From Lama glama (Eukaryota), in assembly GCA_028534125.1 (NCBI GenBank), contig CM052832.1, positions 7,504,001 to 7,568,000 of the forward strand: a DNA stretch of 64,000 nucleotides. The letters run 5' to 3'. Position 1 is the stretch's first letter. The number at the start of each line of letters is the position of its first letter. The position numbers were made by a program, and so were the translations under genes. Positions 51,830 through 64,000 of this stretch are shown one piece after another. The notes under the pieces were generated by a model. The model saw nothing but the letters and a program-made list of their open reading frames with translations. It was not told the DNA's origin and ran no database searches.

Positions 51830-52572
51830 AATGTGTAGTTTCTGTTTTCTCACCATTAAGTATGATGCTTGCCATAGGCTTTTTGTAGATACTTTTTATC
51901 AGGTTGAGGAAGTTCCCTCTATTCCTTGTTTACTGAGACACTAATTTATTTTGAATGTTGAACCGGCCATGGATACCAGGAATAAATCCCACTTGGTCAT
52001 GGTGTATGATTATTTTCATAATTTGTTGGGTTCAATTTGCAGGGTTTTTTTCTTAAAGATTCTCTATTTCTGTGTTCCTGAGAAATTTTAGTCTGTCATT
52101 TTCCTTTCTTGTAATGGCTTTGTCTGGTTGTCTCTTAAGGTAATGATAGCCTCACAGAAAGAAGTAGAAAATATTCCCTTAGCTTATATCTTCTGAAAGA
52201 GATTGCAGAGAGATTGTAAAGGGATTGTATTGGGATAATTTCTTCCTAAAATGTTTGATAAAGTTCACCAGTGAATCCGTTTGGTCCTAGTGTTTTCTGT
52301 TTTGGAAGGCTATTAATTACTGATTCAATTTCTTTAATAGATGTAGGTCTATTCACATTTTCTGTTTCTTCTTGTGTGAGTTTTGGGAGAGGCTATCTTT
52401 CAAGGAATTAATCTTTTTCATCTCTGTTATGAAATTTGTGGGTATATGAGTTCTTAGCATTTCTTTATTATCCTTTTAATATTCATGAGATCTGTAATGA
52501 TGTAGTTTTTCTCTTATTTCTGATATTTGTAATGTGTGTTCACTGTCTCTTTTTTTTTTTCTTAATTAGCCT
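51830..52572 (-). mobile_element. L1 ORF2 (RT region) fragment
   Basis: caccattaagtatgatgcttgcc...ggttgaggaagttccctctattcc...aattcaccagtgaa. Confidence 0.85.
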
Positions 52573-52609
52573 ACCATACCACTGTTGCAGTCGGTCCTGC
52601 AGAAATTCA

Positions 52610-53000
52610 GGTGTTTATTCATTTATTCTGTGAACATTTCTTATGTACCTATCATAAGCAAAATCCTGAGCTTGGTACTATATAGGATGAGTTCTACTTA
52701 CCTTACCAGAGAGGTCATATATAGTCCATAGTGGATATGATCAATTATGAAATGAATATACTACTGACTAAGATGTAATGTTATATGAGATGTTGCAGTA
52801 GTTCAGTGAGGGAGAAGTTAGTTCTTCCTCTAGGAATCAGGAAAAGCCTTATGAAGGAAATAGTTTTTGTGCTGGGCTTAGGAAGTGATCTCATAGAGAC
52901 TAGAAAAAATTTTTGAGTTAGATAGTGGAAGGAATAGGTAAGAAAATAGTTTGAAAAAGTGAGTAGTTCATTTGAGGGACATATATCATCCAGGAAGAGA
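52610..53000 (-). mobile_element. L2 fragment
   Basis: ttattcatttattc...ggaatcaggaaaagcc...gctgggctt. Confidence 0.55.
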
Positions 53001-55234
53001 AACACAGGAAAATAAAAAATTTTAAACGGTCAGACCACATTTAATACAAATTGAGAGTCTCTTAAAGTTTTGGCCTTATCTTTCAGTTGCTGTTTTTAGA
53101 TGACAAGCTAATATGAGTACATGGAACACTTTGGGGCAGAGAGGCTCTTGCTGGGGGCCCTGCTGGGAGACTGGGCGTCTAGACTCCTAGGGCTTGACAG
53201 TAGGTTAGGTGGTTGTAGGCACAGTGGAAACGTGGCGTATGTGATGGGGAGCAAAGCTTTTATTCTGAGCTGATTGTAAGAAAACATTAATGTTACTCAG
53301 TCGGCTGCAATTTAAATCATTTTGACAGGAAAGAGGAGCTAATAATTAAAAGTGTTGATTTAAATTTTAAAAATGTTTGGCCTTCTCTGCTGAGTATAAC
53401 CTGATTTCACTCTGTTGTAAAAGTACAAAAGCATTCCGATGCTAAGGAATCTTACTTTGCTGCCAGTGTAAGTTGGGAAGAGCCTGTTTGTGCCACAGAA
53501 TACATCAGAACCTCTGCCCGAGTTATTTTTTCCCTTCTTACGGCATGTTCTTTACGATATCAGACATAGTAACAGGAAGACCATCTCCATCTGGTAATCA
53601 TTACCTGTAGCTTGTATGTGTCTTCTGGAAGTTAACTTTTAATGTTAAACAAAGGAAGCTGATCAAAACCAGCTGTAAAACCTTTGCATAGTTCATATTT
53701 TATACAGTCAGCATTGAGTTACCATTCACGTAACTGCGTGTCTGAAGTTGAAAAAAAAATAATAAGGTAAATCTTTTCCTTTTATTAAAATAAATGTAAT
53801 CCTGATTTTATAGTTAACACAACTTTAATTGTTTTCCTGTTTGGCAGGGAAATTTAATGCAATTGGCATCACTATGTATGTATTTTATACACCTTGGAGA
53901 AATAATGGCTCATTTATTGATGGTATGTGCCACAATTAATATATTTTGGATGTAGTCAAAATAAAAACAGTAGGTTGAAATGTAATTTTCTAATTTAAAG
54001 TTATGGGGTTAGTCAATGTAGAAACTTGCCAGCTAAACATATAACAGGCCATTAAATATATTATGTGAACTAATTCTATAGATAATGAAAATTACTCTAG
54101 TAACACCCCCTTGGACACATGGCATTTATTATAATCCTAGATACATGCAAACGTAGTGATTTTAGATCATTATTATTAATGATAATACATGACTCAGAGA
54201 ACTTTAAATCAAGATGACTTTTTTCCTTTAACTGAATTTAGAAGAACTAAGGAATTGGGAAAAATCAGAACATCCTGGGCCATGTTCTGCATACTGCTGG
54301 AACACTGTGTATGTCTAATAATAGATTCCTCTGCCTGGAAGTTGCAGTTGTTATATTTACAGAAATTTTGAAATCACCAAGAAGCACATGAATTTGTAAT
54401 AGCTCATACTTTGAGAGATCTGTAACAACAGTGTTGAGGATTTACTATCGTGAAATGGAATTTCCTATCAAGAAAATGCAGCAGATAGTGCAGTGACGCA
54501 AGCATCGCAGTCGAGGCAGAAGACAGTAAGCATTTCTCTACCAAAGAAACATTGTGAAATTCAGCGGTTGTTTTGCAAGTGATTAGCACTGTTTTGTTGG
54601 AAATGTTCTAGTCTGTAGAAACCTACGTATTGCTCACAAATACCATGTAGGCGGAGAAACCAAGGACAGTTCTGACCATCCAAGTAGACCCCATATCAAG
54701 CGCGATCAAGATTTGACAGTCTCTTGCACAGGTGCTTTTCTCTGGCCTTGGTTAACTGTACGCTTCAGGAAGGTGTTCTAAAATGTTCGAGCACAGAAAT
54801 AGAAAGTAACTGAGAGCAAACACCAATAATTCTTAAACTATTGTAATTGTAGTTTTCATTTCTGCAAATCGTGGCATATTCTATTTAAAAAGATACAGGA
54901 TATCTTGGATGCAGAAAAAGGAAATGAACCATGTTATCATGTGAGCATTGACAAGTTACCATCCCTTAGGAGAGAGATTTAAAGAGTGTTTTACTTTAAA
55001 CACAGTATTTGTATTGGAACATTTAAGTCAATTTAAGATATGTTTATTTTTAACACAAAACCCAGTAATTTGTCATACTAGGAACTCAGTATATGTATAT
55101 TAAATTATGTGTTCTACAAGAAGGCTTAGCTAATTAAACTTAACACTTCTTCTAGACTATAAGAATTATATGTAGACAGAGGGGGAAAATATATATAAAT
55201 ACACAAGTATAATATATGTAAATATCCATATTTA

Positions 55235-55800
55235 TATAATTAGCACAGGAAAATGAACATTTCAGTTGCTCAGTTCAGGGAGCTCTAACAATTCTATGTC
55301 ACAGTGTAACCATCACCCCAAACTAGGACTAACATCTCCATTCCTTTAGGAAATTCTTTCCTGTCACAACTGTTCCCTGCCCCTAGGTGATTCCATCACC
55401 AAAGATCAGCTTGTCTGTTCCTAGGTTTCACATAAATGGAATTATATAGAATGTTCTTTTTTGTGTCTAGCTTCCTTGGGTTTGTTAGTCTTTATTACTT
55501 TTACACATTCTAGTAGGTATGTAGTGTTATCCTCTGTGATTTTTATTTCCATTTCCTTAATGTTGAGTGATATTGAGCATCTTTTAATATGTTTATTGGC
55601 CATTCATGTGTCGCACTTTGTGTCATGTCTGTTCAGTTTTGAGGGGGTTATTTGTACTTCCCATGCTTTGTCCAGAGAATCTTTGTGTACTTCAAAGTCA
55701 GGAAGATTCTCGGGTTTTTTCCTGGCATTTTTATGGTTTGGGGTTTTATGCTTAAGTCTGTGATCGATGTTGAATTTTTATTTGTGGAATGCGATACATA
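55235..55800 (-). mobile_element. Old L1 (L1ME-like) 3' fragment
   Basis: gtgtaaccatcaccc...cataaatggaattata...tgatattgagcatcttttaatatgtttattggccatt. Confidence 0.75.
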
Positions 55801-56667
55801 TTGGAGCTTATTTTTCCCCTCCAGTAGTTCCAGCCACATTTGTTACCCATGTTTCACCAACATTTTGGGAACTGTATAAAAGACCATGTGACTTTTACAT
55901 TATTTGTATGGTTCAACAACATTTCTCTTTCCTTAGCTCCTGTGTATTTAACTGCAGTTTGTCCGCTAGTGAATTCATGAAATTCTGCCTGAAATACCCA
56001 CAGGACTTCAGCAAGTTGGTGTCATTGTGCATTTTCGTTTTCTGTTCTCCTCTGTATGTATAAGCAGACTGGTTACTTCCATTTGTCAACGTGGAGTGAC
56101 TCTGGTGAATCTGTATCTAACGTCTCTCTTAAACTTCTCAGAATCTCAGTCTGTTTTTCCCGTTCTTCTCAAAGCTAAGGCATAAATCCCATAGCCGTAA
56201 GATCTTAAGTATTTTCTTAAACTATTTAGCTGAATTTTTAGAACGTGATATCCCTAATGTGTTAAAGGTGTGGTAGCATCATGCAGTGGTTGAAGCCCAA
56301 TTGCTCTTCTGTAGAAGATTCCTTAGGGTTCTGTGTTTATTTTAGAAACACATTTTGATGACTTCCATTACTGAATTTATCAAAACATTGATTTGTAGTT
56401 TTTTAAACTGAATAATCTATTTTATTGAGTAGTCTATTTTCACCCTAGACTTACTTATAAACTAATTATAATTAACTTGAACTTTGGATTAAGGGTGATT
56501 TTTATCTTTATTATTCTTTTCTATAGTTTCCAAGCATTCCACAATAAACACATACTGCTTTTATAACCAGGAACAAAAGAGTAGCCATTAACAACTTCTA
56601 AGAGTAGAATGTTTTCTTTAAACATTTGTCAATGTCTGCTTAATTAAGAGGATGTATTTAGATATCA

Positions 56668-56698
56668 GGGTATTTGGGTATTTGGGTATTTGGTATTT
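56668..56698. repeat. Short tandem repeat (GGGTATTT)x~4
   Basis: gggtatttgggtatttgggtatttggtattt. Confidence 0.9.
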
Positions 56699-57235
56699 TC
56701 AAGTTCACATAAATAAGAGATGGAGAAAATTAAGCCACTAGAATACATTCAGTTGATGTGTTTGATTATGTTGTTTGGACTGTATAGATCTGTATATTTA
56801 ATAATACTGTTTGTGGACTACCTGTACCTCTTCTGTGTAGATAATGAAGACTGCCAAAATGTTTATGAGCATAAGTAAAGGGCAACAAACACACTATAGG
56901 GAAAAGTAATTTTTTTTCAAACTTGTATTTGGGTAAATAAACAATTGAGAGCATCAATAAATTTTAGAAATGACAGGGAGACAAGTGATACCATTGTTTT
57001 ATGAACTCTAAGATTGCTTCTTTTTACCATTTAACCTTCTGATGTTTGAATGTGTAATGACACGACTGCTGTTGCCTGGGTCCTTCTGGGCCAGGATCCA
57101 GGCTTGAAGAGTTCTTGTCCGTGTCTGGGATTAAAGCCCAGTGGCTGATTGTGGAGCAGCCTTGGTAACACAGAGGGACTTCAGTACAGGTGACTCTGCG
57201 TCCACGGCAGATTCAGAAGGGTCAGAATTCTAAGT

Positions 57236-57457
57236 CAGTGCTTCTTAAACTATTGGAAGTAAAAGTCCAGTTTTTTTTTTGTTGTTGTTGTTATTTTTTA
57301 CTTTTACCATACCACATTTATAAAGGATAATACAAATCATGATGGTAACAAAATGTTATGAAAATTTCTAAACCCTCATTTTTGTTCTTATCTTGCTGGA
57401 GACTGACAGCAGTTTGTGGTCTGGTGCTGGTCAGGGCCCGTATTTTGAGTGGCGCTG
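57236..57457. mobile_element. hAT-Charlie non-autonomous element
   Basis: Degenerate TIRs cagtgcttcttaaa ... tttgagtggcgctg. Confidence 0.6.
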
Positions 57458-57589
57458 ATAAGAAAGCATTGTTAGCAGTTTCATTGGCAGTGTATTTTTT
57501 TTTTTCTTAGTGCTAAAGTAACGGTGTTAGAGGTTTAATGAAATATTTGGTATAAATTGCTTAATTTCTCTGAAACCACAGTTTCTGCA

Positions 57590-57760
57590 GTCAGTCTGCC
57601 TTGTTAATTTGGTGACAAGTCCTATATCCTTTCTGAGCCTCAGTCTCCTTATTGTAAAATGGGGATAGTATTAGTCCCTACCTCATAGCATTGTTGTGCT
57701 GTTTAAGAAAATTAATGGAAATTGCTTGGCATGACATAGTAGGAGTGTCATATAATTAAG
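57590..57760 (+). mobile_element. MIR fragment
   Basis: ctgagcctcagtctcctt...tgtaaaatggggatagta...cctacctcatag. Confidence 0.85.
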
Positions 57761-58171
57761 CCGTGTTGTCGCTCTCACCCAGACTTTATATCCTAGGAAC
57801 TGAATGACAGGCCACTGTAGAGAGGTGATTAGGATGCCAGGTCTGGTTGGGAGTCATCACAGGAGATTACCTCTCTTTGTAGAGCTGGGTGTCAAGGACC
57901 AATAAACTCAGGTTTAGTTCAGGGACCACCAACAGCCTGTGCGCTTCTTTTGGTAAGTCTGGGCATCAGGTTTCTTTGTCAAATTGAAGGAAGGATGTCT
58001 GTGTGGGTTGAAGTAGGTCTTTAGGAAGCAATTAATACTAAATCAAGATCTGCCTTTCCAGGGAAGGGGATCCACTGAAAGCTAAGAGGGTCCTCAGGTC
58101 TCAGTTTCTAGAGACTGATGTTCATGACAAGACTCTAGCCCCAAAAGGAAACTGGAGTGCCATCTAACAGC

Positions 58172-58671
58172 NNNNNNNNNNNNNNNNNNNNNNNNNNNNN
58201 NNNNNNNNNNNNNNNNNNNNNNNNNNNNNNNNNNNNNNNNNNNNNNNNNNNNNNNNNNNNNNNNNNNNNNNNNNNNNNNNNNNNNNNNNNNNNNNNNNNN
58301 NNNNNNNNNNNNNNNNNNNNNNNNNNNNNNNNNNNNNNNNNNNNNNNNNNNNNNNNNNNNNNNNNNNNNNNNNNNNNNNNNNNNNNNNNNNNNNNNNNNN
58401 NNNNNNNNNNNNNNNNNNNNNNNNNNNNNNNNNNNNNNNNNNNNNNNNNNNNNNNNNNNNNNNNNNNNNNNNNNNNNNNNNNNNNNNNNNNNNNNNNNNN
58501 NNNNNNNNNNNNNNNNNNNNNNNNNNNNNNNNNNNNNNNNNNNNNNNNNNNNNNNNNNNNNNNNNNNNNNNNNNNNNNNNNNNNNNNNNNNNNNNNNNNN
58601 NNNNNNNNNNNNNNNNNNNNNNNNNNNNNNNNNNNNNNNNNNNNNNNNNNNNNNNNNNNNNNNNNNNNNNN
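58172..58671. other. Assembly gap (500 N)
   Basis: Run of exactly 500 N. Confidence 1.
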
Positions 58672-58760
58672 TTATACATACTTTTCTGCAACTTGTCTTT
58701 CTTGCTAAAAAATACTTCATAGAAATTCCTTTAAGTCTACTGGTGAAACTATTTCATTGT

Positions 58761-58985
58761 GCTTTTTTTTTGGTATCTGTTAATCCCAACTCCTAATTTA
58801 TCCCTCCCCCCACCTTTGGTAACCATAAATTTGTTTTTCTATGTTGTGTGTCTGTTTTTGCTTTGTAAATAAATTCATTTGTATCATTTTTAAAGGTTCC
58901 ATGTGTAAGTAATATCATGTAATATTTGTCTTTCTCTTTCTGACTTAGTGTGATAATTTCTAGGTCCATCCATGTTGCTGCAAAC
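58761..58985 (-). mobile_element. Artiodactyl-type L1 3' fragment with TSD, nested in older L1
   Basis: ORF2-end-like peptide FAATWMDLEIITLS; direct repeat atttcattgt at 58751-58760 and 58986-58995. Confidence 0.8.
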
Positions 58986-59539
58986 ATTTCATTGTTTTTT
59001 AATGGTTGCAGAATATAGATGCACCATAATTTACCTTTCCTTTATTGATAAGCATTCTTTTTTTAATCATTTGTTTATTTGATTAATCTTAATATATATT
59101 CTCCGATTCTTTTCCTCATATTCCTGTTAGCAGAAGAAGTTGCAGCTCCTTTTATTTTTTACCTGAATATGAGCTTAAAGAAATAGCTCATTTTACTTGT
59201 ATTTGCAGTCTGACTTCTGATAACTCTGAGCATCCTTGTGTTGGTTGACATTTGGATTTGATCCTCTTTAAATTGCTTGTTCCTGTCCTTTGTCCATCCT
59301 TCTATTGGATCATTTTCTTATAAAGTTCCAAAAACTTTTATTCTATGTATTTCATCTTGCAAATTTACATTGCAGGATTATTTCAAATATTCCATGAAAG
59401 TGTTTTAAAATTTTATATAATCACATGTGTTTATATTTTCCTTTTTGAGCATCTAGCTTTCGTTAAGAACGTCTCTCCAAAACATACATTGTATACATTG
59501 TATCCTAGATCATCTTACAGAATTTTTATTGTTTTGTTT

Positions 59540-60031
59540 CTAGCTGTGTAGCAAACCACCTCAAAATACAGTGGGATTAAAATCTAATTTTTTTGTATTG
59601 TTTCTTGTGGTTCAATGACTTGGCTAGGCTGGGTGTTCCACTCATCTTGTGGTCTCTCACATGATTGTACTCCGAGGGCACCTGGCGCTCAGTCATCCGG
59701 AGTCTCGGCCAGGATGCTTAGGAAGGCTGGACCCCTGTCCTTCCCTGTGTGCAGCCTCACTCACAGCCTCTCCACTCCATCTGGCCTCTTTGTATAGTCT
59801 GTCAAAAGAGTCTTACATGTCTCACCAAACCCCCAGAAGTTCAAAAATAGACGCTTCATCGGCTTTTCATTGCCTGGGCAGGTTAAGTCCTGGAACATCT
59901 CTACCTCTACATTCTGTCGGTTCGTACAAGTCATGGGCCAGCCCAGATTCAGTGCAGGATAGAACTGCTTAAGGACCCAGGGACAGGAGGTGCTGTTCGT
60001 TGGGGGATTTCTTTGGAGACGAGCCACCACA
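59540..60031 (-). mobile_element. Old MaLR solo LTR (MLT1 family)
   Basis: gctgtgtagcaaaccacctcaaaa...cagtgg...aagtcatgggccagcccagattca...ccaccaca. Confidence 0.75.
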
Positions 60032-61199
60032 ATGTCTGCATTTTCTTTATGACCTTCTAGCCATGCCTAAGAATGTTTTCTGCACCCTTGGACTGTCTTT
60101 CTAGTTCCCTAAGTCATCTTTTATGATTTTTTAAATCATTTTGTCTTTTATATTTTCAGTTTTTAATTCATCTGGAATTTATTGTTACATACGGAACAAG
60201 ATAAAATCTTCTTTTTCAATAGTTAGCTGTTTGTCAAACCACTAATGAAAAAAATTGAAATAAACTGTCCATTTCCTTCTGTCTTAAATTCTCATCTGTT
60301 TCTCATTCTGTTCATCTCCTTTCACACATGATCTCTTCTTGTTTATTCCTTTATCCCTTTCTCCCTCCATCCATCACACCTCTTTCCCTGCAGCCACTCC
60401 AACACCAACTTCTCAATACAGTTACATCGTAATTTTCAGCTAGTTTTTTAGTCACTGTTTACATTGTTTTGTCTCTGAGATTGCTGGAATTCAGAGCTGA
60501 GTTAGGTACTGTACCACTTCTGCATTCTCTTACTTGTAATTTTTGTTTTCTTGGCAACAATTGTCTTAACGTCTTTTTAGTTTTGTATTTATCCAGCAGT
60601 AGTTCACGCCCAGCTCTCCTCAAGTGTGACTCTCCTCTCGATAGAAATGATAAAGGCATGGCCGATAATTTGATCTCTTTACAGGAACACCTCTCTGTCA
60701 CTTACTCCGGTCTGAAGAGGGTGCTCCTTTGGGCTCGCCACACACCGGCCGTCCTGGAGAGATTTCCATTCCCATCGTGGGCACTTCCCTCATCTCCTGT
60801 GGGACCACTTGTGTCTTACACTACTTCCTACAGGGCAGTAAACCAAGGAAAATTCTTCCTCTTTCTTGGTTTATTCCTTTGTTTTGCTGGAGCACATTGT
60901 CTATTGTTTTCCTAAGAAAGAGTCCATAGGAGGTGAATTTTTTTTTAATTTGCGTGTTTTAACACAAATTTTTGACAGTTTGCCTATGTGTGAAAACTCA
61001 TAGAAATGATTTTATCTCAGAATTTCAAAGGGATTTCTTCACTACTTTCTGGTGTTAAAAGTTGTTGTTGAGATGACATTCCAATAGCTTTATATGTGGC
61101 CTCCTTTTTTCCCCCCTTATTTCTGTAAGTTTTTAGGATCTACTGTTTGCCCTCAGAGTTCTGAAATTTCGCAATGATCTGTCTAGACTGTCTGACATG

Positions 61200-61680
61200 A
61201 CATGCAGCTCCCCTCCGTTGGCTGCTCTTGTGATCTTACCCCTCACCGTTATCCCCTCTCCAGCCAGACTAGCCTCCTTTCTCTTCCCCTGATGTGTTCA
61301 GGCGTGGTCTTGCCTCAGAGGCTCTGTGCTTCCCCTGCATGGGACGTTCTCCCAGATACCCTTGTGGCTCACTCCCTTATTTCTGCTCACATGTTACCTC
61401 AGTAATGAGGACTTCTCTGATCACCCTGATAAAGTATGAACCCACAGCCAGCGCTCCAGCACACCAACACACTTTTCCTGCTCGCTTTTTCACTTTTGCA
61501 TAGGAGTTGCTATGACATGCTAATATAACAATAATATAATATACTTATTATTTGTCTCCTGACCACTACAGTATAAGCTCCATGGCAGCATGGACTTTGT
61601 CTGTTTGGCTCAAGGTTGTATTGCTGCCTCTGGGACTTGTGCCTGGTTCTCAGCAGAAGTTTGTGAATGAATGCGTGAGT
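61200..61680 (+). mobile_element. L2 3' end
   Basis: tgcctcagaggct...ggctcactccctt...gtataagctccatggcagcatggactttgtctgtt...gtgcctgg...tttgtgaatgaatg. Confidence 0.85.
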
Positions 61681-62524
61681 GCGAATTGCTGTGCCTTTTT
61701 CACCATTGTGTTGGGCAGTTCGTAGATCATTCTGGAATCCTAGGTTCATCAGTTCTCGGAAACCCTCTTGAACTATTCAGTAATTCCTTTCCTTCCTTTT
61801 TTCTCCTCCAGAACTTCTGTTTTGGATGTTAGACCTGGACTGATTCTCCAGTTTATTCATCCTTTCTTATTTGTCATTTCTTGTCTTGGTTAACTGCTTG
61901 TACTGTGCTCTGCTAGGTTAAGTGTGTTGGAGAAGTAAAATTGCAAAGTGAGGTTCCTACTTATGGTTGTTTTTGAATCTGTAGTAATTATTTACATTAA
62001 TTTGCCAGTTGGCATACTCAAGGAGGTAAACTGGCTTTGGTAGTTTCTCAGTTCTACTTCATGGCTCTGACCGTGGCAATACATAACTAAACAAATCACT
62101 TAAACAAATATGTGGCATAAATATTGATGGAGGCAAGGGAAACACCAGAATCTATAAATATATGACACCTGAATCCAATTAGTTCATGAAAGTTCCCCTT
62201 CCAGCCTCCACCCGTGCCTATGAGGAGGCAGAGAGCAGGGCTTCCAGTCAGGCTCTGTACTAGGACTTTTCGCATTAACTCCCACATCCATCCTTCTGGA
62301 CAGAAAATGATTGGGGTACAACAGGAATGAAATTTCTTAAGAATCATATCAGAAACTGTACCAGCCACTTGGCATGTATAATTTAGTATGATCCTTACAC
62401 AATCCTGAAGTGTAGGTGCCATTACATTCGTACTAAAAATGGGAAATTGTTGCATCATTACTTAGCACAAGGTCTCACAGTGTCAGATCTGAAACATCAA
62501 CTGATAACTTAGAGTTTAATTAGT

Positions 62525-62822
62525 TTTGTTTTATTTTATGGAAGAATAGTTGACTTACAGTATTATATTGGAAGTTTCAGTTGTACAGTGTAGTAATTTG
62601 ATATTTTATGGGTTATATGCCGTACAGAGTTATTGTCAGATACTGATTATATTCCCTGGGCAGTGCATTCCATCCTTGTAACTTTTTACTTTTATATCTA
62701 GCAGTTTGTACCACTTGATCTCCTGCACTATTTTGCCCCCACCGCCCGCCTCCACACTCTCCCCTCTGGTAACCACTAGTTTGATTTCTGTATTTGTGAG
62801 TCTGTTCCCATTTTGTTATAAT
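62525..62822 (-). mobile_element. L1 3' tail
   Basis: tagttgacttacagtattatatt...ccctctggtaaccactagtttg...tgtgagtctgtt. Confidence 0.8.
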
Positions 62823-63169
62823 TGCCTTAATAACATGTTTGGACTCCTAAAATAATTGCTATGTATCTAAGTGTAGATCTCTTATGGACCATATGAAAGA
62901 TTGTTTTCCTACTCCAAAAAACAAAACATGCTTACACAAGAATATTTACAAAAATTTGCCAGAGACTTTTAAAACTCCATTAAAAACTATATTAAACTGC
63001 CAGTTCTGTCTCAGTCCTGTGAAGTGCTAAATGTTGACTGGTCAAGTTACTGAATTTCCCATGTTTAAATATTGTTATATGAGGAAACTATTAAGCATGA
63101 GTTTACCCAAGGAAAACAGAAAAGTTAGCTGTCTACTATCTATGGGGTACAGTGGAGACAGGAAGTTAC

Positions 63170-63370
63170 TGTCTGACAGGCTGGTTCGTATCCCATCTTC
63201 ATCACGTGAATACTCTGAGCTGCAGATTCCCGATCTATGACAAATCTATGAAATACTCATCTCACTTAACCTGTAGGATTTTTGTGAAGATCCGATGAAC
63301 TGACCATTTTTACAATATGTAAAAAGTGTCAGATACCTTGTAGTGTACTCAATAAATGCTAGTTTATGTT
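63170..63370 (+). mobile_element. MIR fragment
   Basis: ctggttcgtatccca...ctctgagctgcag...tgtgaagatc...actcaataaatgctag. Confidence 0.6.
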
Positions 63371-63589
63371 CTTGTTGCTCTTTTTAGTGATGCCACCCTT
63401 TCTAAAATTAAGTGTTGAAATCTATAATGACAGTTTCTGTCACTGGATCACATAGTTTATTTGGAGGGTAACACCTCCCACCCATTTCTGTTTTTAAAGG
63501 TGGGGGAAGGTGACAAACATTCTGCTTTAGGTGTTTAGGGGGAAAGGTGGCCCTAGGGAGATTATCCTTGATAGGTGTGAAGACTCTCA

Positions 63590-63992
63590 TGATAATGGAT
63601 ATCTCATGCTTGTCCCTTTGGATCCCCTTTTCACCCTTCCTTCTCTTCTGTAACCTGGGAGGCTAATCTCTTGCAATCTGCTTGCCTCCGACTTCTGCTT
63701 CAGTTTGGCCAGTGGGAGGCACCAGCAGGGGAGCTTAATGTAAGGCCAAGCTTGGTTGTGTCCCCATCAGGTAACTTCTCCAGCTTCTAGGTTCCAGTGT
63801 CAGTTGCCTTTCCCTTAACCCTCTAAGCATAATTTAATAATAGTTTCCTGTTGTTAAACCCAGGGGGCTACCACACTGTCCCATGGAGTTTCCCAAAACC
63901 TTCCCTGCATCTTTGTGAATAGTTTCTGTTTAAGTTCTTCTCCAGTTACCCCACTTAACTATGCTTTTTCCTTCCAAGACCCTGACTGATAA
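63590..63992 (+). mobile_element. Old ERVL-class solo LTR (LTR33/LTR16-like)
   Basis: tttggccagtgggaggcaccagcagg...; ends gaccctgactgataaa. Confidence 0.6.
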
Positions 63993-64000
63993 ACGTATAT

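Noticed and set aside
58094..58720. Long ORFs (175-208 aa) spanning the second gap
   Set aside because: Artefacts of translating N runs.
60469..60915. 148-aa ORF
   Set aside because: No recognisable homology, a non-ATG start, and it lies in T-rich sequence resembling decayed antisense L1.
1..64000. RUNX2 exons or promoter, other SUPT3H exons, CRISPR arrays or prokaryotic systems
   Set aside because: No matching sequence recognised; the window is mammalian intronic DNA.

Overview
Mammalian, repeat-rich intronic DNA, most likely from a camelid (tRNA-derived Vic-1-type SINE at ~40.8 kb). The only protein-coding exon I can support is one 85-nt internal exon of SUPT3H (Spt3, SAGA subunit) on + at 36918-37002, so the rest is inferred to be its very long flanking introns. 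The window also holds a decayed, 3'-truncated RPL4 processed pseudogene, an ERVL pol/dUTPase remnant with an MLT2 LTR, many L1/L2/MIR/MaLR/DNA-transposon relics, and two 500-N assembly gaps. Most ORFs in the track are spurious or TE-derived. I see no evidence for a new multi-gene system. The most unusual signals are: (1) a TSD-flanked, tailless retro-insertion of a tRNA-His 5' fragment with a 7SL-like leader; (2) an 80-bp TA-flanked MITE-like perfect hairpin; (3) an old ~0.5-kb duplication of apparently unique sequence; (4) an L1+ERVL composite block with no intact ends sitting cleanly inside an older L1; (5) the 5'-complete but 3'-truncated RPL4 retrocopy. Repeat subfamily names come from recalled consensus motifs and their boundaries are approximate.
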